Source of the DNA: Octopus vulgaris
Lineage: Eukaryota
Assembly: GCA_951406725.2 (NCBI GenBank)
Contig: OX597826.1
Span: forward strand, 38,130,001 to 38,194,000
Direction of reading: 5' to 3'
Length of the DNA: 64,000 nt
Positions 56,416-64,000 of the stretch are shown piece after piece (within the stretch, counting starts at the first letter, position 1; every line of letters begins with the position of its first letter). Both the position numbers and the translations under genes were made by a program. Under the pieces are notes generated by a model. The model was given only the letters and a program-made list of their open reading frames with translations, ran no database searches and was not told the DNA's origin.

Positions 56416-56696
56416 TATGTACACATACACGCATACATACATGTACCCCCACACACACACACGTGCGCGCGCGTATACATTATTTATCATTTAAGTATAA
56501 AGATACGAGTTACTAATAGTTTCTTGCTGTCAAGGCACGTGTCTAGGCATGTTTTTATAACACGCCTTGTATCTCCAAACAATCCTCGTGTTCTAAGCAA
56601 ACGATGTCTGTACACACATTGTGTACATTAAATGATATTTATCTCTCGCAAGATGGAGTACTTATTTGTTTTGATTGATCCTACATAACAGAACAG

Positions 56697-56734
<38 letters not shown>

Positions 56735-56921
56735 TATGAGAGGTTCCGGTATCCAGAAGACCCAAAAGGCGGGTAAGACTATGAAAGTGCTACCAAAGGA
56801 CCGCTGTTAGGCTCCCGGCTCGATAACAGCATAAGTGAAGAGTCTAAGGCAGGTCGTGTGTGAGCGTATATATGTTAAATAAAATAAGATAACAAGACCA
56901 AGGGAATGTGATAATTCACTC

Positions 56922-56969
56922 GTCTCTGATGATGGGAAATCATCTATTTCCCTGAAACAGCTGTAAGAC
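56922..56969 (+). ncRNA. Type-I hammerhead ribozyme (Penelope-type, palindromic stem III) in the loop of an inverted repeat (56872-57040)
   Basis: gtct-CTGATGA-t-GGGAAAT-catct-ATTTCCC-t-GAAAC-AGCT-GTA-agac. Predicted cleavage after 56965. Confidence 0.8.
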
Positions 56970-57046
56970 CACCTATCTATTTATAAACGTCCTAGAAATA
57001 TCACGTTGCCTTGGCCTTGTTATTTTATTTTATTTAACATGTGTGT

Positions 57047-57101
<55 letters not shown>

Positions 57102-57166
57102 GGGCAGATACAGGATGGGTCGTCAAAACGACCGTCGTACTAAATCCATCTTCCGTTTCCTTTATC

Positions 57167-57236
<70 letters not shown>

Positions 57237-57872
57237 AAATAAGCAACAAGGATACCTAGAGGAAATGCAGTACGATCGTTTCAAGCAACTCCATTCAATT
57301 GAACAATGCAACCATTACATCAATTTAAATGCAGAGCAATCCTCAGCTGCATAAATACATAGAATTTAATTAAATTAAAACATATGTATATATATCCCTC
57401 ATTTTATTTAGTTGTAAGGTTAAATAAGTGTCTCGATGGCTCAGACTTCAAGAGCTTCTTATGTTAAATTCACATTTAAATATAAAAGAAACATAAATTT
57501 ATTCTTGAAAGTTTTTGAGTTGTATTTGTCTCGTTTGTTACCACCAAACCTAAATATATAGGGGTTAAAAAATTACACTCACGATTGCAAGATATTGGTT
57601 TCGATTCCTAGACTGGGTGGTGCGTTGCGTCCGTGAGCAAAACACTTAATTTTATGTTGCTATGTAATCACTTTCACATCTCATGTGTGTTTGTTCATTG
57701 AATTGACAGTATATATACATACATACATACATACAAACATACATACATACATACATATATACATACATATATATATATGTATGTATGTATTATATAATAT
57801 ATGTATATATATATTATATATATTTTCATATTTATATATATATATATATATATGTATACATTTATTTATCTA

Positions 57873-57908
<36 letters not shown>

Positions 57909-57925
57909 TATAAAAAGAGAGAGAG

Positions 57926-58018
<93 letters not shown>

Positions 58019-58651
58019 TAGATATAGATATAGATATATATACACACACACATACATAAGTATGTATGTATGTATGTATGTATGTATGTATGTATGTATG
58101 TATGTATGTATGTATGTATAGATAGATACATAGATACCTAGATACACATGCGGCCACAAGCAAGCACACTGTAGACAACTTATCAGGTGGCCTGAAACAG
58201 TTTTGAACAGTTAATCATTTGGTAATATGTCTGACATTAATGTATTTGTAAAAATGTTATGTTTATTTACTCAGACATCGTTAGATATGCTTTTTTGGAA
58301 CTGTTGATGAAGTCTGGCCGCTTCTTCTGTCTATATTTAACAACTGTATTCACTAATATAAACATAAGATTGAATACAAAACGTGGAAAGGGCAATCAAT
58401 GATAAAATTACCGACAAAGATAAACGGCAAGAAGATGAAAAACGTTAGATTTTGGAGGAAAGCTGTGTTGTAGTTAGTATCTATGATAACCTAAGGTGAT
58501 CGAAGAAGTAATTAGATATAGTTCGAGTTATTTATATAGGTGGTTGTATAGTGGTTATGAAACATAGTGGCTATCTACGTAAATAATTCCAGGGCAGTTA
58601 CAACGCATAGAGGTTATAACAACTCTAGATGTTAGAACTAATTAAATATAT

Positions 58652-58814
58652 AGACGCAGACGTGGCTGTGTAGTCAGAAGTTTGCTTCCTAACCACATGG
58701 TTCCGGGTTCAGTCCCACTGTGTAGCACCGTGGGCAAGTGTCTGCTACAAATAGCCTTAGGACGACCGAAGCGTCCTGAGTGGATTTATTGGACAGAAAC
58801 TGAAAGAAGCCCAT

Positions 58815-58867
<53 letters not shown>

Positions 58868-59041
58868 CAAACAGGAAAAATAGTCTTCAAAATATGGTGT
58901 ATATGTATATTTTTATTAATATTTAGCAGAAGTAACAGAGTGACTCAAGGTCCAAGAGTTTCGTGCATTGGCATTTTGCCAACGCACAAAAATCTTGGAC
59001 CTTGAGTCACTCTGTTACTTCTGCTAAATATTAATAAATAT

Positions 59042-59090
<49 letters not shown>

Positions 59091-59290
59091 GACAGATAGT
59101 TAGGTGTGTTTGTGTGCTAGTGCTTGTCGCACAACACTGCTTGACAACCGACAAAAAGAGATCGATGGAGTAAGTACCAGGTTTGAAAACCACGTAGTGG
59201 GGTCAATTTATTCGAATAAATGCATGAAGGCGGTGTCCCAACAGGCAACACTCTAATGGATGAAGCTAATAAAAGAAATTGAAAGAATGC
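58652..59290 (+). mobile_element. Bipartite SINE whose internal microsatellite carries a nested palindromic insertion
   Basis: 5' half at 58652-58818, 3' half at about 59100-59290. Confidence 0.7.
58901..59049. repeat. Near-perfect ~150-bp palindrome containing the 3' half of a hammerhead (GAAAC-TC...GA-GTC)
   Basis: ttattaatatttagcagaagtaacagagtgactcaaggtccaaga pairs with tcttggaccttgagtcactctgttacttctgctaaatattaataa. Confidence 0.92.
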
Positions 59291-60155
59291 GAAGGGATTT
59301 GATAACCCAGTAAAAAGAGCTTTGTAAATGGTTCTATGAGAACCTAAGACCAACTAAAAAGGAGTTTCTATGCAGGTAGTCACCGTGACTATAACAACCT
59401 TACGATTTAGAAAAGTAGTTCAAAATCTTTTGTAGATAAGAGCTCCTTTCACCGAATGGCGATTTGTGAATGGCGCCTAGATTTGGCAAAAGGAGGAGGG
59501 AAAAAACCGCAGATTATTTTAATCACACTGGTTTCTTTACACCATCTAGCATGTGCCTCTATTTTGATATTTACGTGACTTCTACACCCCCGTGTTAAAT
59601 TTCTGTGACAATTACTAAAGAAGGTGAAAACTTGGATAAAATCTTTATGCTGAACTTTGACACATCATGTGTTCATGTTTCTACTTACAGATAACAAGAT
59701 GTCGGACTCAATTTTAGATCGCACAAAGAATTTTTTGAGAATGTGTTCAAAATATAAATATTAGACTTCATTAAGATTATTTTATTTGTAAGTAAAATAA
59801 GGGCCGCTCTAAACAACCAGCGCCACCTATAGTGCTGTTTTGACATTTTCTGCCCCTTTGTGGTCTCAGAATAGCCCCAAGGCGTTACTGCTTATGTTAA
59901 GAACCAGTGTTTTAGGGGAACCAAATGAAATACAGAGGAAGACACCTTTCTAAATAGTTTTACACACACACAAACACACACAAATGTTCATACCCATACA
60001 CATAGCATGTCTTCGCACAGTTGCCGTCTATCGAATTCCACTAAAAAGACCCGGTGCTACGCTAGAAAACACTTGCTCAGAGAGGTCAACCAATGGGGTC
60101 GACGCGGAACTACGTTTACTTGAAGCAACGTGACGTGTGCGCGTGCTGCATGTAC

Positions 60156-60228
<73 letters not shown>

Positions 60229-60287
60229 TAAGTATTCTAATCTGAGCCTGATCAAGGTAGTTTTCTGTAGGAAACTTGCAAAACATT

Positions 60288-60470
60288 ATGGCGTGGTTGT
60301 GTAGCAAGGAGCTTGCTTACCAACTGCATGGCTCCAGATTTAATCCCACTGTGTGGCACTTTGGGCAAGTGTCTTCTACTATAGCCTCGAGCCAACCAAA
60401 GCCTTGTGTGTGGATTTGGTAAACAGAAACTGTAAAGCCGTCATATATATATGTATGTGTGTGTGTGTGT

Positions 60471-60504
<34 letters not shown>

Positions 60505-60655
60505 TGTGTGGTAAGAAACTTGCTTCCCAATCACATGGTTCCTAGTTCAGTCCTACTGCGTGGTACCTTGAGCAAGTATCTTCTACTATAGCCTCGGGGC
60601 AACCAAAACCTTGTGAGTGGATTTGGTAGGCGGAAACTGAAAGAGGCACATCGTA
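60288..60655 (+). mobile_element. Two tandem SINE 5' halves (15229 family)
   Basis: Copies at 60288-60443 and 60506-60655. Confidence 0.8.
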
Positions 60656-60665
60656 TGTATGTATG

Positions 60666-60710
<45 letters not shown>

Positions 60711-60766
60711 CAAGTAGTATTTAAATACCCTTCTGAATCTAAATTTAACTTATATATATATATATA

Positions 60767-61052
60767 TTGTTGTTGTTCGTTCCTTCTCGAGCCATACCTG
60801 GCTCATAAGGGCCGATATCCCGGTTTCATAGGCGGTTTCAGTACGTCGCAGGTGAGCTGCTAGATACAGGAGGACAGAGTGAGGGGAAATGGGGGCGAAA
60901 GAGTCACCAGAAGTTCGCCATTACCTTCCGCTGGAGCCGCGTAGAGCTTATGTGTTTTGCTCATAAACACACACATCGCCCGGTCGGAGATTCGAACCCG
61001 CGATCTCTCGACCGCAAGTCTGCTACTCTAACCACTAGGCCATGTGCCTCCA
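60767..61052 (-). mobile_element. tRNA-derived SINE (same head as 16131, different body, (CAA)n tail)
   Basis: ggaggcacatggcctagtggttagagtagcagacttgcggtc...gggttcgaatctc. Confidence 0.8.
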
Positions 61053-61703
61053 CTATATGTGTGTGGGGGTAAATTTATGTATGTATTTATGTATATATGT
61101 ATGTATTTGTATGTCTGTGTTTGTCCCCCCACCATCGCTTGACAACCGATTTTTGTGAGTTTACATTCCTGTAATCTAGCGGTTCGACAAATGAGAGTAA
61201 TAGAATAAATACTAGGCTTACAAAGAATAAGTCCTGGGGTCGATTTGTGCATGGTCGCAGTCAAATGACAGAAACAAGTAAAAGAGTAAAAAAATAAAAG
61301 AATTAAATACATACGTATGCATTTATGTATGTATGCATGTATACATGTATGTATGTATGCATGTATGTATGTATGTATAAATGTACGCACGTAATATATA
61401 AACTCCATCTAGTTGATCAAATTGATATACCATTCCTAATCATTAATCTACTACGATAGAAAAAAAATAGACAAAACCCTGGACGTAAAAAAAAAACAGA
61501 AAGAAGTAAGAAATATGTCGTCTACATCTGGCCTTATTTTAAATATTAATAACAATGGAATGTTTCCGAAGAAAGTTTTAGTCTCAGATGTCATTACTTT
61601 CTCTTCAAAAAATATTTCCTTTTCTTAACAGATTTCTCGCTTTTCTTTTTTTTTTTTTTTTTTTTGAAGGCATTTTGTTTTCACCAAAAAATTTCGTTGG
61701 TAG

Positions 61704-62021
61704 TATAGGTGGTCTGATCAATAAGTATCCGGACTGTTGCCATGGTTACGAAGCCAAAGCACGCGGAGTGAAACCACTTGGCACAGACTGACCTTGAGCT
61801 CAGTTGTGCATGCGCACTAAGTTTTAACGTTCTAGTCCACCTCCGCTGTTTACAGCAGTGCTTGGAAGGAAGGTGTGTAGCGTGTGATCCTCGCCTTGAC
61901 CAAAACAGAGAAAGTTGCAATGGCTACGCCTGCTCAGAGGCCAACGCACAGTTGCAGATTCTTTGTGCTCTAACTTCGTTACTTTAGCAACAGTGTGGAT
62001 ACTTATTGATCAGACCTCGTA
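61704..62021. mobile_element. Mariner-derived MITE
   Basis: TIRs ggtctgatcaataagtatcc.gactgttgc and gcaacagtgtggatacttattgatcagacctcg, with TA at the ends. Confidence 0.85.
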
Positions 62022-62084
62022 TGTGACACAAGTCTGTATGATTTGACACCCAGCCACAAACACACACGCACGCGCGCTTGCTCT

Positions 62085-62297
62085 AATATCTTTTATCTTT
62101 TGTTTCAGTGCTTGGACTACGACCATGCTGGAGCATCGCCTTGAAGGTTTTCGTCGAACAAATCGACTCCAAGACTTAATTTTTAAGCCTAGTACTGATT
62201 CTATCGTTCTCTTTTGTCGAACTGCTAGTTTACAGGGACTTAAACACACCTTTACCAATTGTCAAACGGTGGTGAGGAGGAGACAAACAAACACACA
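62085..62297 (-). mobile_element. 3' half of the bipartite SINE (inverted relative to the copy at 61108-61290)
   Basis: Reverse complement of the 15510-15720 module. Confidence 0.7.
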
Positions 62298-62652
62298 CAC
62301 ACTATTAGAGAAAGAATCGTGGACAGAAGAGGAGAAGGGGAGGAGGAGGAGGGAGGAGGAGGAGGAGGAGGAGGAGCAGCAGCAGCAGCAGCAGCAGCAG
62401 GAGGAGCAGGAGGCAATGAAAGAATATTGAATATTTTTCATTTGAAACTTAATATTCTTTTTTGTAAAAGCAGCAAGAAATTTGATTAAAAAGCTTAATT
62501 ATGAGTGTACGATATTGCATGCATCTTATCTTACCTGTTATTAACCATATTATCAAACGTATACTTCCAAAATTACCATCTCTTATCTGTTACACAGGTA
62601 GATAGACAGACAGACAGATAGATAGATAGAAAGGTAGGTAGACAGATAAATG

Positions 62653-62741
<89 letters not shown>

Positions 62742-62763
62742 GCAGACAGACTGACAGACAGAC

Positions 62764-62841
<78 letters not shown>

Positions 62842-62867
62842 GCAGACAGACAGACTGACAGACAGAC

Positions 62868-62926
<59 letters not shown>

Positions 62927-62992
62927 CAGGCATACAGACAAACAGACAGACAGACAGACAGATAGATAGAGAGAGAGATACATATGCATACA

Positions 62993-63023
<31 letters not shown>

Positions 63024-63811
63024 CAATATTCTTGAGTACTCGAATATGTACGTGTGAAGGTACTTAACTTCCGGTACAAAACGGAAGTAACATTCAATGC
63101 ATACATATACTACAACATATACTACCTTTTATGTTAATAAAATATACCACAATACGATAATTAAATCAGTTTAATTAGCCCCAATAGACAGAGGACCCTT
63201 GTTGGCTCAGACAGTATAATTTACGCCACACGTGAAAGTAATCACCGAATTACTCTAGAAAACCTTTAAGATACGGTGTTTATTTCTATAAAATATACTG
63301 TAAAACAGTAATTAGTTCTGTTCAATTAATCTTAGCAGTTAATCATTTTTGCATGCATGCATACATACATACGTACATACATACAAACATATGTACGTTC
63401 GTACATATACACACATACATAAATACATACATACAAGCATGCATACATGCATACATACATACATACACACATATTCACATACACATACATAAACATAGAT
63501 ATACACAAACACACACACATACATAAATACATATATACATTCATACATACACTCGCACATACACGCATGCATGCATTCATACATACACACGCACATACAC
63601 GCATACATACATACACGCATACATACATACATATATACATAAATACATACATACATACATACATACATGCATACATACATACATGCATACATACATACAT
63701 ACACGCATACATACATGCATGCATACATAAATACATACATACATACATACATACATACATACATACATACATACATACATACATACATACATACAACAAA
63801 AATTTGTCGAC

Positions 63812-63924
63812 CTGTTTTGCTGCTTTCCGTCTTCGAAGACACCGCACCAAAATGGCGACCACAATAAACGCCACAACAGCCAAACACACCGGAAGTACAA
63901 TAAACAGAATCAGTTTCCAGTTAT
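63812..63924 (-). CDS. Internal exon encoding the transmembrane helix of a single-pass receptor: (D)NWKLILFIVLPVCLAVVAFIVVAILVRCLRRRKAAKQ
   Basis: Acceptor gtttctgttatgtttcag| (AG at 63925-63926) and donor CAG|gtcgac (a weak donor, but phase 0 matches the next exon). About 23 hydrophobic residues are followed by an RRRK stop-transfer. 113 nt, phase 1 to phase 0. Confidence 0.85.
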
Positions 63925-64000
63925 CTGAAACATAACAGAAACATTTGATTAGCATTTAATATTCTTTATAACAATAAAGATTTGTATCTAAATCACTTCA

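Overview
AT-rich eukaryotic animal DNA. The microsatellite load and SINE families look like Octopus/coleoid cephalopod (inferred, not proven). Almost every ORF in the supplied track is a translated microsatellite. The main genic signal is the 3' part of a minus-strand, multi-exon gene, of which four phase-compatible exons were reconstructed by hand: 63812-63924, 54229-54343, 44189-44368 and 28196-29082. They encode about 431 aa: a single transmembrane helix, a DCC/Neogenin/Frazzled-type P1 motif (PDLWIHH), an SH3 domain on its own symmetric exon, and a long S/T/P-rich tail carrying an SH3-ligand motif. The extracellular part lies beyond the right edge of the window. The second theme is about a dozen minimal type-I hammerhead-ribozyme motifs (near-intact, decayed or half), most embedded in fold-back inverted repeats next to microsatellites, which suggests Penelope-like terminal-repeat remnants. 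The rest is made up of tRNA-derived SINEs, CR1-like, RTE and R4/Dong-like LINE relics, hAT and mariner relics, a HINE/Helentron-like element, and a decayed compact RING-finger transcription unit with an E2F/E-box/TATA promoter.
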